From Octopus vulgaris (Eukaryota): a stretch of 64,000 nucleotides of DNA. The position numbers were made by a program, and so were the translations under genes. Of the stretch, positions 38,471 through 51,535 are shown piece after piece; position 1 is the stretch's first letter, and every line of letters begins with the position of its first letter. The stretch covers positions 150,474,001-150,538,000 of the forward strand of contig OX597816.1 in NCBI GenBank assembly GCA_951406725.2. Direction: 5' to 3'. The notes beneath the pieces are model-generated. The model had not been told where the DNA came from. It saw only the letters and a list, made by a program, of their open reading frames with translations, and did no database searches.

Positions 38471-41400
38471 ATCTGAATCTGCTTAGTGTATATCAACCAT
38501 TGGGTAAATCTGAAAGTTCTTAACTTTACAAGTGAATATGCTACATCTGCCACTGGCAGAAACAAGAAAATGGTTTTAAGAGAAACATTTTTGTTGATTG
38601 GACAGTTAAATGTCAGAGTTGTTAAATTGAAGATTTGTTCAATTTAAACTATTAGCTTTTGCAGTTTCCACTTTAGCACATTATCTTAATCAACAAAATT
38701 TGGTCTTTGCAATGGAATTTTTAAAGCTTTTTTTATAAATACAATTTGTTGCGATTTTAATCAATTTTAATTTTGTATAGCTGCAACATTATAGTTGTTT
38801 TTGAGATAATTGCTAAAGCAACTCCAAGAAAGCCAAGTCTGCGACCCAGTTTCAATTCTCAGCTTTAGTATTTTATTTAGCTTCTGTTTTTAATGTCCTT
38901 GAGAAAAGCATAAATACTACACATCATATTTACTTCCTTATGAATTTCAGGGTTCTTTCTCATTCAATATTAATTATATTGGTACATAATCAGAGGCTAG
39001 GGATTGCCATAATTAATAGAAATATGATATCTTTTGTATAAGATAAAGTTTATAGAATGTGTTGTTATTACTGAAGTCTAAGGGATTTTCTTATATTACT
39101 GATCAGAATATTTGATTTTAGCTTATTCTTCTGTAACAAGATTTGAAATCTGCTTGTCACTGTGAATTTCTATTTTTTTAATCCTCTTTCTACTGTTCAG
39201 TATCTTAATGCTAGAATTAGTGAAATGGTCTTTGTCAGAGCACATGGTTGAAGTACAATACTTTTCCTTCTCTCTACAAACTTGTAACCTTGTGTTATTT
39301 TATGAAATTAAAAAATTATAGTGATTAGGTGGTGGAGTGGGAGAAATGGTAACTCCAGAATAAATACCTTGTGGTATTCACATTCCTTTACATTCTGAGT
39401 TTAAATCCATCCATATTACATTTTACCTTTCATCCCCCTAATGTTCATGAAATAAGCAGGTAAGTACTATATTGAGATTGATTCATTTAATTTAACCCCA
39501 TCCAATAACTTTGTGGCTTTGTGACAAACATAGAAACCATATATCATTTTTATTGGTTGATAGCTCCAGGTCAGCCCTGATGAAGCAAGCCTATGCTCAA
39601 AAAACCATTTTGTCTGTGATTATCCATTCTTTTTTCAGATATAATGTGTATAAGTGTATATACACTATATCTGAAATATACATACAATGTATGTATATTT
39701 CATTTTCCAACATCTTTTTTAAAAATGTCTCGTATGATTTGAAGGAAATTTATTTGCTAGTTTCTAGTTGGTCAGGTGCCTTATCTTTGTCATAGTATCC
39801 AGTAGAGGTGTAGGGTTTCAAATTAAGGGCAATGCTGTAGACATTTTAACTTTCTTAAAGCAATTTAGTTTCTGTTGAGGTTATGAAATATCCAGGATAT
39901 GTTGCTAAATAGAATAATTCTTAACTCTTTGTCTTAGTGTTGTGATTCTTTTTCTAGGAATAAGGTAACATTAGTAAATAGCAAGTAATGTTTTAACTAG
40001 ACACAAGGTAAATACTTTTAAGGGAAATAGCTTAGTTCACTAATCTGACCTCAGTCTATGTTTTTGCATCAGTTTTTTCCATGCTAGCATAGGCTAGATA
40101 AATATGATACTGGGGCATACTTTTACAACCAGATGCCTTTCTTGATGCTAACTCTTGGCTTATTCTATGCTATTTTGAAGGCGTTAAAGTGTGTTGGCAA
40201 TCTATTAACAGAAGTGCCAACAACAGCACGACTCAAATGATGTGACTTTCATGTAAGCAAGCAGTAATGAAACACTCAACACAAAGATATGTCTGTGCAT
40301 GCACACACACACACATTATGGTCTTCTTTTAGTTTCCATCTTCAAAATGCACTCACCTTGGGCAATAGTAGAAGATAGTACTTGCTCAAAGTGATGCCCA
40401 GTGGAACTGAACTATGTGTTTGGGAAATAAACTTCACAACCATACAGCCAGAATAACACTTATATGTCTATTTCCCTTTGTATACTTTGAAAGGATGAAA
40501 GACAGTGTTAGTCATAATGATATTTAAAACTAAAAGCAAGATATAAAAAAAAAAATAAATAATGTGAAGCATTTTTTTATTTATTTGAGAGCCCTATTCT
40601 TTTGGTCATCACATTACTAATTTGAAAACAAAATGTTGCAGACACTTGTCATTGACCTTGACCTCTAGTCATATTTATCTTGGCATATACTCAATGTTTT
40701 AGTTGTTGCATCCTCAGACACTCTTTCACTGACATTTTATCAATTACCTTTTTAGTTCCCCCGTCTTTATTTTCTTCATCTATCTTTTTGTTTTTTGGAC
40801 TTGTTTTTCCTTTTGTGTGTCGCATAATATATGAACCAACATTTGGCAAGTTAAGGTTATTTTTCTAGCCTATAAACTAACTTTAAACTCTCAACATAAG
40901 AACCAGTCAAAATTCTAGCACTCCTTAATCTCTATTCTTGCTAGTGGTAGAACCAGATGTATTTTTTAGTATATCTGATATATATATATATATATATGCC
41001 TTGTGTTACATTCAGTCTCTCTACATAAGGTTGCAACAGAATCCCTAATGGAGAATTATATTTCCAATGATTTGCCACCATTATTATTATCATTATCATT
41101 ATTATTAATATTATTATTATTATTTTCTTGCTTGCTTTTTAACATGCTCTTTCTCATTTGACTGTAACAGATTATTTTTACCTTTACTGTGAAAGATAGG
41201 TATTGGTAGGTAGACACTCCAGCTGCTATCAGTTACACCTCTATATATTTTAGATAGTTTCAGCTGATTTAGAGCTACCTTGGTTTATAAGAGTTTTCTT
41301 CTACACCTTTATAGATTCAGCTGGTTCATACTGCTTCAGCTTATGACGTTGTAAAAGTACTCTAAAGTATTTGTGGGAGATAGAGAAAAGCATTTCTCAA

Positions 41401-41546
41401 TTTTTAGTTTTTGTTTCTTTTATTTTCTACTCTTTTTGATTTTTCATTTTTTTACTTCTTTTTTTCTTCCATTTAATCTTTAGTCTACATTCTAACCAAT
41501 ATCATCTTTCCATTTCCATTACTCCCCTTCTGTCAATCTTTTGCAG

Positions 41547-41552
41547 AAAATG
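41547..41552 (+). other. Candidate 6-nt microexon AAAATG
   Basis: >140-nt pyrimidine-rich tract, branch-point-like TCTAAC 41491-41496, AG-free to ttttgCAG, then AAAATG|GTATGA. Confidence 0.5.
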
Positions 41553-42629
41553 GTATGACATTTTTTTGCTTTTTTACCTGAGGAAACAAGTTAAAAATGT
41601 GAGGTGAAAAGTAAGATATAGCATTTATTAAAAAAAATATATCTGTCCAACCTCAAGCAATACCATATGTATGTCAAACAACAGTTAGTCAACATAGTTC
41701 TGGAATAAATATCTTCTAGCAGTAGCCATGATAGTTCCTTGGTTATTTTGAGGACTCTCATACATAGACCTTTCTAGAATATTTTTAAAAATCTTTTATC
41801 TTTATTCTTACTTGTAAGTCATAATATCTAAAGGATTAAGGGGTTCTCAAGTCATGCTTTCAAACTGTACTACAGCTAGTCAGTAAACCATCAGCAAGGA
41901 TACATAACTTTGTATGCTTCTGTTTGCCTGGTTGATAACAGGGTACTGTTCTACTTTTCAGAAAATCTACTTTCATTTGATATGGTTTCCCTTCTTATAA
42001 GATGATAGTGTTATTTGTGGGAGATTTGGTTATTTCTTGTATGTAGGTTGGATGACTTTGTGCAGGGACCCTCATTGGTTTTTGCAAATGGGCATCAACA
42101 CATATATTGTCATTGTTCTAATACCCTATTTTATGCTGGTTCGATAACTTTTTAAAACAATGGTTAATAATATATAGTTTAAGAAAAATAATTTTTTATA
42201 CTGAATTTAAACATGGACATTAAATATATTTATAAAGCAAAAAAAAAAAAAAAAGTTGGGAGGTTTAACTTTCTCTTGTTTTCTCTTTAAACCCTATTTC
42301 CACTCTTTGAATTTATATTCAGTATATAGAAATACAAGCTTTTAAAGGTTCTTTAAAAATTTAACTAATGATTCTAAATATTAAAATATATACCTTGGGT
42401 CTGCTGTTATTGATAAAATTTCTATAAATCTTTCTTTCTATTTGAATATATTTGTGTTTCATTTTTTTGTCTTTCTGTCTTTAATGTTTTTGCTTTCTTT
42501 TCTAATCATCCTTAAGTCTCATAGTTACACATCTACATACCTCTGGGATAAACGTGAGCTTGGAAAATTTATTTCTTATGCAAAGTTACAAAATTGTTAT
42601 TCATTATATATCATTTCTTTTCTTTTTAG

Positions 42630-42649
42630 TCTTCTTCTTCTTCTTCTTC

Positions 42650-42686
<37 letters not shown>

Positions 42687-42702
42687 TATTATTATTATTA
42701 TA

Positions 42703-42737
<35 letters not shown>

Positions 42738-42745
42738 CATTCATA
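42630..42745. repeat. (CTT)n(ATT)n microsatellite
   Basis: Directly visible. Confidence 0.97.
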
Positions 42746-43384
42746 AAAATGATTTCTTTTTTAATAATAATAATAATAAAGATATATAAGAAATAATTAT
42801 TATTATTAATATGAGTATAGAAAAAAAATAAGGTAACTAAACTATAAATCTCAGAAATAAATAGCCACATAATACTTTTCATTTTTTCTTTTCAAACATA
42901 GTTAGAGAAAGGGTATTAAAAGAAAGGAAAAGTTAAAAGCAAGTGTTGGAGGAAACAGTAGTGAGATAGGTGAATTTACTGTTTGTATCAAAGCTTCAGT
43001 CAGCTGTAAGTGGTAAAATGATTCTGTTAATGAATATGTGAAGAATGTATTACAATTCTTCAAGACTATGTCATTATTTTATGTACTATAATGTAACCAG
43101 AATGGGAGTACACTTCTCAGATTTCTCTTCATGCTAACTCCAATTCAAATGTGATATCACCTGCAGTTCAGATAAAGTTTCTTGATGGAAAGTAAAAGAT
43201 AAATTTATCAATTACTACATCTCTTTTCACTATCATCTAATCTGTAGTTTTCCAAACAGAGGAGTAGTATTTATTCAGCTTCTCAGAAATTAGTTTATTC
43301 ATTTGTTCTCTTCCCCATTCCCTTTCTTTTTTTCTCTCTCTCTCATTCTCTCTCTCTCCCTTTCTCTCCTCCCCACTCTCTGTA

Positions 43385-43415
<31 letters not shown>

Positions 43416-43419
43416 TTTC

Positions 43420-43600
43420 CATGGACTGTGGCTATGCTGGGGCACTGCCTTGAAGGGTTTTGTTGAACAAAATTAGCCCCACTATTTATTTTTTTATGGT
43501 ACTTATCCTATTAGTCTCTTTTGCTGACCCACTATGTTACAGGAACATAACCAAATCAACAGAGATTGTCAAGCAGTGGTGGGAGACAAACATAGACAGA

Positions 43601-43685
<85 letters not shown>

Positions 43686-43842
43686 AGCTTCTTTCAATTT
43701 CTATCTGCCAGATCCACCCACAAGGCTTTGGTTGGCCCAGAACTATAGTAGAAGAACACTTGCCAAAGGTGCCATGCCATAGGACTGAAGCTGGAACCAT
43801 GTGGTTGAGCAGAAAACTTCTTATCCCACAGCCACACCTGTG
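43420..43842 (-). mobile_element. CORE-type SINE, full length
   Basis: Reverse complement of the 26709-27120 family. Confidence 0.85.
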
Positions 43843-43930
43843 CTTGTGTGTGTACTTATATATATCATCAGTAGATCATAAATCCAAAAGAGAAGCATAC
43901 TCTAAGTTATAGAGCATTACAGTATTTAGA

Positions 43931-44074
43931 TAAAGATAGTTATGGCTAGTTTCTAGGGTTACCCAGGGTTTTGCTTCCATAAAGCACTTAGCGTTATAAT
44001 ATCTCATCAGACCCTAATGGCCAGTGGACACAAAACCCTGGGCAACCCTATAAAACAGGCCATAACTATCTTTA
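43931..44074. repeat. Fold-back element, ~45-bp arms, loop with hammerhead half-core
   Basis: taaagatagttatggc...cccagggttttg / caaaaccctggg...gccataactatcttta; loop reads CTGATGAG on minus strand. Confidence 0.9.
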
Positions 44075-45505
44075 AATATATTTATGTATATATAACACAT
44101 ATATGGAATATACTAACATATCACTATGTTGACAAAGATCACACAGATATTTGAATGAATATCAGTGATACTTAGTAGATTTAACTCAGGATATCTGGAA
44201 TCCTTAATGCTAATTCTGCTATCAATGAAATTTAAATTCCTGTGCTACATGCATGCTTAGAGGAAGTAAAAATAAACCAGACTTGAGTATTACCTCTTTA
44301 ATCACTACATCACTTGGTCTTCGCTCATTTCTCTATAGATCCAATAATATGTATGTAACTTATTGACTGCAAAGCTATGAAAATGAAAGTTAATTCAAGA
44401 GTTTGTAGCTGCTCTTTAATTATTTCAGCAAAATGAAATAATTACATAAAGATATGGGGTACAATTCTTTGTTTGTGTAAGTTATAATTATCACTATAAA
44501 TTGCCCTGCCTACTCACTTATACAGAAGTTAACACAAGAAGATAACATATCAAATGTACTTTTCAGAAGTTCTATCTCAAGCTCCAAATAGCATCAAACT
44601 CTAGATATCTGCCATATTTGTGTGTGTGTATGTGGTGGGGAGAATGTAATGGTGCCCTTTCTGTAACATCTATTACCAATACTGACTAGATAAATCCTTT
44701 TGAGATTTCAAATGCAAAGTGATTGAGATCTAGATTTTACTACTTCTTTGCTCTTGATTTTCATGTTTTATGAAGCATGTCATGATAACACTACATGGCT
44801 GTCTTTCTCTCTCATTTACTCATTCTACTCTTACTCTCAATGTATGTGTGTAAGCATGTGTACACGTGCATGCATACATACATACATACATACATACATA
44901 CATACATACGTATATATGTATGCATAAGTATATGTATGTGTATACATGCTTTCACACATACATTGAGAGAGAGAGAGAGAGAGAGAGAGAAATGCATGGT
45001 TCAGTGGTTAGAACATCGGGTTTACAATCATGAGTTTGTGAGTTCAATTCCCTGACCAGACTCTGTGTTGTATTCTTGAGCGCATTGTTCCAGTTCACTC
45101 AGCTGTAGAAGTAAGTTGTGATGTATTATATATATTGATATATATATATATATTATATATCTAGTGATGTATTATATATCTAAAAGTCCATATATAATAA
45201 AATATCATATAAAATACACCTCATAATTTTGTGGCCTAACTTGTCTTAAAGACCTACAATACCATGCATACTATGCAGTATCACACAACTACTACAAGAT
45301 AATCTACTATAATATATTTTTTCTTAATAAAAGTGGTTAAGGACCTTGTAGTCTATTAATATGTATTGTATGTATTCCTACTTATAATGTTGATTTTGGT
45401 AGAAAAAAATGCTGCATATTATATGGTTTCAGCATGGCCACAGCCTTAGGGCTGAAATGTATAAAAGTGGAGTTTCATGGTGTATCTGTTCATGTGTTCA
45501 TATAT

Positions 45506-45634
45506 AAAAGGGCAACCTTTATATCCAACTTAATGTGGGTGTTATGTTAGAATGCAGAATACTGCATTACATTATGCAGTATTTTGTGTTCTAACGTAAC
45601 ATCCACATTAAGTTGGATATAAAGATTGCCTTTT
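45506..45634. repeat. 129-bp hairpin with 6-nt loop
   Basis: ~61-bp arms, loop tacatt 45568-45573; 6 substitutions and one bulge. Confidence 0.95.
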
Positions 45635-45801
45635 GGTATTAACACTGCTTCTGTTGTTATTAATTATATGTGTGTGTATAAAACCGATGACTGGAGCCTG
45701 ATACAGCTCTCCAGCTTACCAGCTCCAGTCAAACCATTTAACCCATACCAGCATGGAAAACAGGTGCCATATGATGATGATGATGATGATGAAGATATAT
45801 G

Positions 45802-45839
<38 letters not shown>

Positions 45840-46279
45840 AGAGAAGAATCACCATATAGCAATTCAACAATGATATAATTAAATCATACCATATAGAAAA
45901 AAATTAAATATATGATAAAACATATACCTATAATTAAGTAAAGTACAAAATAATAAATAAATATTGCTGTATTATATATAAATACACACAGACACACACA
46001 CACACATGAATGAATGGATGGATGGATGGATGGATGGAGGTCTGTCTGTGTCTGTCTATCTGATGATATCAGTTACACATCAGCTGTGTCATGCACAGCT
46101 GTGTGCAGTGTTTCAGTGCATTTGAAGCTTGGTACTGCTGGGCCACAAAAAGGAAATAATCACACCATTGGGCAAGTGGAGAATGTGTATTTTAGCAATT
46201 GTGCATGAGCCAGAGAGATCAGTTTTCCTGTTGATGGATGCTTCAAGGCTTTTGCAGTATATGCAGTTTCTCATGAAGA

Positions 46280-46506
46280 CAGATTTAGCACGGTGAGGGT
46301 TGGAGTGGAATCTAGTGTACAGCTAGGTACTCATCAAAGCTTGGTTCTTAGTCCACTCCTGTTTATTATAATTCTCCGGGCTAGAACAGTGGAGTTTAAC
46401 ACTAGTTGCCCAAGGAACTCCTGTATGCTGACAACTTAGTCTTCATAACTGAATTTGTTGAAGATTTAGAGAGTAATTCCAAATGTAAAAGCAAAGCATA
46501 GAATCT
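46280..46506 (+). mobile_element. RTE LINE RT fragment
   Basis: VQLGTHQSLVLSPLLFIIIL...ELLYADNL (decayed QGSVLSP / YADD). Confidence 0.8.
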
Positions 46507-47352
46507 TTAAGAAAAGAAAAAAACTCCTTTTTTTTTTTAAAGTAAACCAAATTTTCTAGTGAATGGCTTGTGTTTTGCATTTACAGAATTTATCTTTTCC
46601 TTTATTGGTTAAACATATGTACTTTTATCTATATGTGATTTACAATATGTTAACTATTTGGGTATATTATAAGGATGAAATATTTATGTTATATTTATTT
46701 AACTTATGTTTATGTTACGAACAGTGTTATTATAAACAGTTTTGAAAGCGTTTAACGTGAGTCATAAATATGTTTGTTGTTGAGTTTTTGAGCTTTAATA
46801 CCATATTGCTGTATTATTCTCCTTTAAGTATTTAAACTAAAATGGACAATTTGTTTGATTATTGCATTTAAAGTGGGATTAAATAGTCATAAATTTGTTC
46901 TTGTTATAGAAGTTTGTAGAAACAAGAACTTAGTCAAAGTTAGGTGTAGTTAAGTGAAAAACTGTCGAATATTTTGTTATATTCATTGAGTTTGTGGAAG
47001 TATTTTGTGGTTAATATGAAAAAGAATTCTCCTATTGGGATTGCTGCAATAATCTCAAAAGGGAAATTGCACTGAATTATATTATGCTCCCTATTTTTAT
47101 TGTTGTTAGTAGTTTTCTTGTTTTCCTCATTATTTATATATTTTTTAATTTTATTTACTTAAATCACACAAAAATCATTCTCTCTTGGACACTTTTAGCA
47201 GTAGGGTTTTCGGTTCCTTTCCCAGTATTTTTCCAGTATCTCGGTTGTACCATCTCTTCTAGTAATAGAGAACTTAGCAATATCCAAAATTTCTTCAATG
47301 TACCAATTAAAATTAGAAAAATGGCAATCAAATTCTTTGTCCTAAACAGGTG

Positions 47353-47393
<41 letters not shown>

Positions 47394-47445
47394 CTTTAAC
47401 TCCTTGATAACAAAATTGTCAGTAACAACTGCTATTCTGTTATAG

Positions 47446-47550
47446 TCATCACTGATGCTGCTGGCAGATATGGACTTGAAAGGTTTAATAGAATTTGCTC
47501 CACTGGAGATCAGCTCTTCAGTATATTTACTTACTTAAGTTGTATCTCTT
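47446..47550 (+). other. Candidate 105-nt symmetric phase-1 exon
   Basis: ttctgttaTAG|...open frame ITDAAGRYGLERFNRICSTGDQLFSIFTYLSCIS...|GTAAGT; no homology recognised. Confidence 0.25.
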
Positions 47551-48384
47551 GTAAGTGCTTCTTAATATGGCATGTATACAATTTACAAAACTGCATGATA
47601 TTTTCTTTTGAATGTAGGAAAACAAAAACACAAGTCACATTGTGTGTGTGTGTGTGTTTGTTTTTATTCTTTAATATTTCAATATCCCAACTATAGCTGC
47701 TATGCTATTGCATGTTGACAATAGCAGAATTGTGACAGTTTGGTTTGTAAGCAATATTTAATTTCTAAAGCAGTAATTTGTTAATGATGAGCCATTGCAG
47801 AATACTATGTCACATAGCCACTTTAGGTGTCTAAAAATATTTTGTAAATGTATGATTTGCAGTATTGTGTTTTTAAGACATAACTTATTTTTGTGCCCTA
47901 GCAATGTTATTCACATTGGCATCTTTTATTCTTTCTTTAAATAGATAAAAATTGTCCACATTTCAAGTGCAATGCTCTAATAATCTTTCCAACTGGAAAT
48001 CAAAATTGTTTTGCCAATAATTTACATTTACCACTAAAAATAAAACTCCATGCATTGATACAAGACTATAGATTCTTTAAAACAAGGATTTACTCATTTG
48101 AGTTGATGCAAGTATTTAGCTGGAACTTATTTCACCAAACCTAGAGAGATGCCAGGCAAAATTGGCTATAGCATGGTCTCAAATATATTATAGAAGAGAA
48201 TCTAAATATTGCAAGGGAATTAGTCTTTTACAGAACAAAAAAAAAAAGGATTTAATTCAGTTCATTTTTCATCCTCACTACCAACAACAAAAACAGTATT
48301 AGAATTTGTAATACTGATGTATAAACAAGGCACAAAAAAATAAACTTGGTTAGAGGGAAAAGTTGATTATGTTGATCTCTGTGT

Positions 48385-48692
48385 TTGCTTGTTTGTTCCT
48401 TCTCAAGCCATGCCTGGCTCATAAGGGCTGGTTTCCCAGTTTCTTTGGCATATAGGCTCCCCACCTGGACGGGATGCCAGTCCATCGCAGGTGAGCTGCA
48501 AGATGCAGGAGGAAAGAGTGAGAGAAAGTTGTGGTGAAAGAGTCAGCAGAAGTTCGCCAATACCTTCTGCTGGCGCCGCATGGAGCTTAGGTGTTTCACT
48601 CATAAACATACACATCACCTGGTCTGTGATTCGAACCCACGATCCCTCGACTGCGAGTCTACTGCTCTAACCACTAGGCCATGTGCCTCCAC
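48385..48692 (-). mobile_element. tRNA(Arg)-headed SINE with V-domain-like body
   Basis: Minus strand ggaggcacatggcctagtggttagagcag...ggttcgaatc; cctgcgatggactggcatcccgtccagg; (aac) tail. Confidence 0.85.
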
Positions 48693-48859
48693 TGCGTTTG
48701 ATTGGACAGATATTTTATTAATCTTGAAAGGATAGAAGTCCAAATTAACCTTGTTGGAGTTTGAATTCACAAAATGATACAATTATATATATCACAAGAT
48801 ATTTTTTCTATACTCTACTGATTCTGTCTATCCATTGCCCTTTGAGATTTCATAATATT

Positions 48860-49065
48860 CCAGTCTACTAAGATAGCATAAGGCCTAGTGGGCTAGTCAA
48901 TTAAATTGACTCCAGTGCTCATCTGGTACTTATTTTATCAATCCCAAAAGGATGAAAGGCAAAGTCAACCTTGGTGGAATTTGAACTCAGAACACAAAGA
49001 TAGATAAAATGCTGCTAAGCATTTTTGTTCAGCATTATAATGATTCTGCCAGCTTGCTTCCTTTA
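48860..49065 (-). mobile_element. Meta-like SINE with 16-bp target-site duplication
   Basis: gagatttcataatatt at 48844-48859 and 49066-49081. Confidence 0.85.
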
Positions 49066-50229
49066 GAGATTTCATAATATTAACAATAATAATTATAAAT
49101 ATACAAGAATAATACCATCACAACCATTCTTTCCACTATTCCAACTCTTAATAACATATCTGTCATTGCAGCTGTGCAGTATATTGCTACCATTACAATA
49201 CAACATATAATGTTCACTATGCTGCTGCTGCTACTACTCACATTTCTATTACAACTTGTTACTATACTACTGTAACACCTACCCTTAATCATCTATTGCA
49301 ACTGGAAGGTATCAGGGTAAATGAAAAGGCCAGGCAATAACAAGAACAGCATTTAAACCAAGCAGCAACTCAGAAGTATAAAGAGTTGCCATTGAGTCTG
49401 TTAATTTATCAATAGATCTGTAATGGTCATTGTTGTTTAGGAAAGATACAAAGTATCCACCCATGAAAATTGTTGAGTGAACAGGAGTTGGGAGGTTATG
49501 TTAGATACTTTACAATTCATATTGATCTGAATGTTCAGTCAATGAATTTTATTTTATTATTTTTGTCAATAAATATGTTTGTGTATAGATGTGTGTAAGT
49601 TTATCAATCTACACACACACACACACACGCATGCACGTGCTCACATCTCCTCACACATACAAATATTGTAAATACCAAAATCTTTCTAGGTGAAGAATGC
49701 ATTACGCAACATAGATTACTGGCTAGTAACTTCAGAGTTAGAGTTAGGCAGACATAAATATGACGGATATGAAGAAGAAAGAAATGGAAACTAAGGGTTC
49801 CTACAATTGGAAAGAGGTTGCCAATCCTTACTTGTTTTTCAAGGAAAGGAATTGTTTTACTCTAGAATTCTTCAAAAGCATAGAACAACTAGTAATAGTT
49901 TCAACAAGTAGGGTCAACATTACCACACTTTTGTTCAAGTGGTGTCAAGTGTGAAATATCAAAATTCATTCATATTTGTACAAGTACACACACACACACA
50001 AACACACCATCATTATCATTGTTGTTTCAATGTTCACTCTTCTATGCTTGCATGGGTCAGATGGAGTTTATTGAGGCAGATATTCTATGGCTTCTTGTTG
50101 CCAACACTTACCTGTTCCTAAGTAAGGTAATATTTCCTCATGGCCAGACATGTTTTTGCAGAATTTTGGAAATGAGATTCAGTCATGATGTCAAGACAAG
50201 GTGTCATAAACAATCACATGTTCACACTC

Positions 50230-50388
50230 TTACATACATACACACATATGAATGTATGTGTGTGTATATATATATATGTGTGTGTGTATATATGTATGTA
50301 TACATATGTGTATATGCATGTATATATATATGTATATATATATGTGTATATGCATGTATATATATGTATGTATATATATATGTGTATA

Positions 50389-50421
<33 letters not shown>

Positions 50422-50422
50422 A
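50230..50422. repeat. (TA)/(TG)/(TATG) compound microsatellite
   Basis: Directly visible. Confidence 0.95.
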
Positions 50423-50487
50423 CGTTGTCCCATCCATGTTAACATAGATGGCGGACCTTAAACAATGATTATGATGATGATACATTG

Positions 50488-50846
50488 CCGCAGGAGTGGC
50501 TGTGTGGTAAAAAGCTTGCTTCCCAACCACATGGCACCTTGGGCAAGTGTCTTCTACTATAGCCTCGGGCTGACCAAAGCCTTGTGAGTGGATTTGGTAG
50601 ACAGAAACTGAAAGAAGCCTATCATATATTTATATATATGTATTTGTGTATCTATGTTTATCCCCCCACCATTGCTTGACAACCAATGTTGGTGTGTTTA
50701 CATCCCTGTAACTTAGAGGTTAAAAAAAAAGCGACTGATAGAACAGATACTAGGCCTACGTAGAATAAGTCCTGGGGTCAATTTGTTCAACTAAAGGTAG
50801 TGCTTCAGCATGGCTGCAGTCAAATGACTGAAACAAGTAAAAGAGT
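50488..50846 (+). mobile_element. CORE-type SINE, full length
   Basis: Matches 26709-27120 with a small deletion in the head. Confidence 0.9.
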
Positions 50847-50909
50847 ATGTATGTGTGTGTGTGTGTGTGTGTGTGTGAATATATAGATAGATAAATAGAT
50901 AGATAGATA

Positions 50910-51050
50910 TGATGGGTTTCTTTCAGTTTCTGTCAACAAAATATACTCACAAAGCTTTGGTTGGCATGAGGCTATAGTGGAAGACATTTACCCAGGGTAC
51001 CACACAGTAGGACTCAACCTGAAGCCATGTGGTTGGGAATCAAACCACAT
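50910..51050 (-). mobile_element. CORE-type SINE 5' half, inverted relative to 50488-50846
   Basis: tttcagtttctgtc...gctatagtggaagaca...ccatgtggttggga. Confidence 0.8.
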
Positions 51051-51276
51051 ACACACATCATCATTTAATGTCCTCCTTCCATACTGGTAAGGGTTGGACA
51101 GGTTGACAGGAATTAGCAAGTGAGAAGATTGTACCAAGCTCTACTGCCTGCTTTGGCATGGTTTCTATGGCTGGATGTTCTTACTTATGTCAATCACCTT
51201 ACATAGTGTACTGGGTGCTTTTTATGTGATACCAGCAGCAGTGAATTTACCAGGTAGCTTGCAACATAAGAATCCT

Positions 51277-51333
51277 CAACCCTGGGTTCTCGTTCCTATG
51301 GTATGTTTGCTGATGTTATTATTATTATTATTA

Positions 51334-51383
<50 letters not shown>

Positions 51384-51470
51384 TATTCAAGGCACAACCT
51401 GGAATTAAACTCAGAACCTTGGGGTTAGTAACATCAGCAAACATACCTTAGGAATGAGAACCCAGGGTTG
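51277..51470. repeat. 45-bp inverted repeats around an (ATT)n spacer
   Basis: 51277-51321 vs 51426-51470, 3 mismatches. Confidence 0.92.
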
Positions 51471-51487
51471 GGTTCAAAATTCTAGCA

Positions 51488-51535
51488 GGACACCTGATAA
51501 AGGCTGGAGAGTAAATCAGCTGAAATGTTGTGGTA
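51488..51535 (+). ncRNA. Degenerate minimal hammerhead ribozyme (core G8 mutated)
   Basis: cac-CTGATAA-a-ggctg-gagagtaaat-cagct-GAAA-tgtt-gtg. Confidence 0.55.

Noticed and set aside
39570-39610. CTGATGA followed by a small stem
   Set aside because: No GAAA; part of an old dispersed repeat also seen near 31380 and 59020
44693-44715. tgactaga (miR-279-like seed)
   Set aside because: No upstream complementary arm
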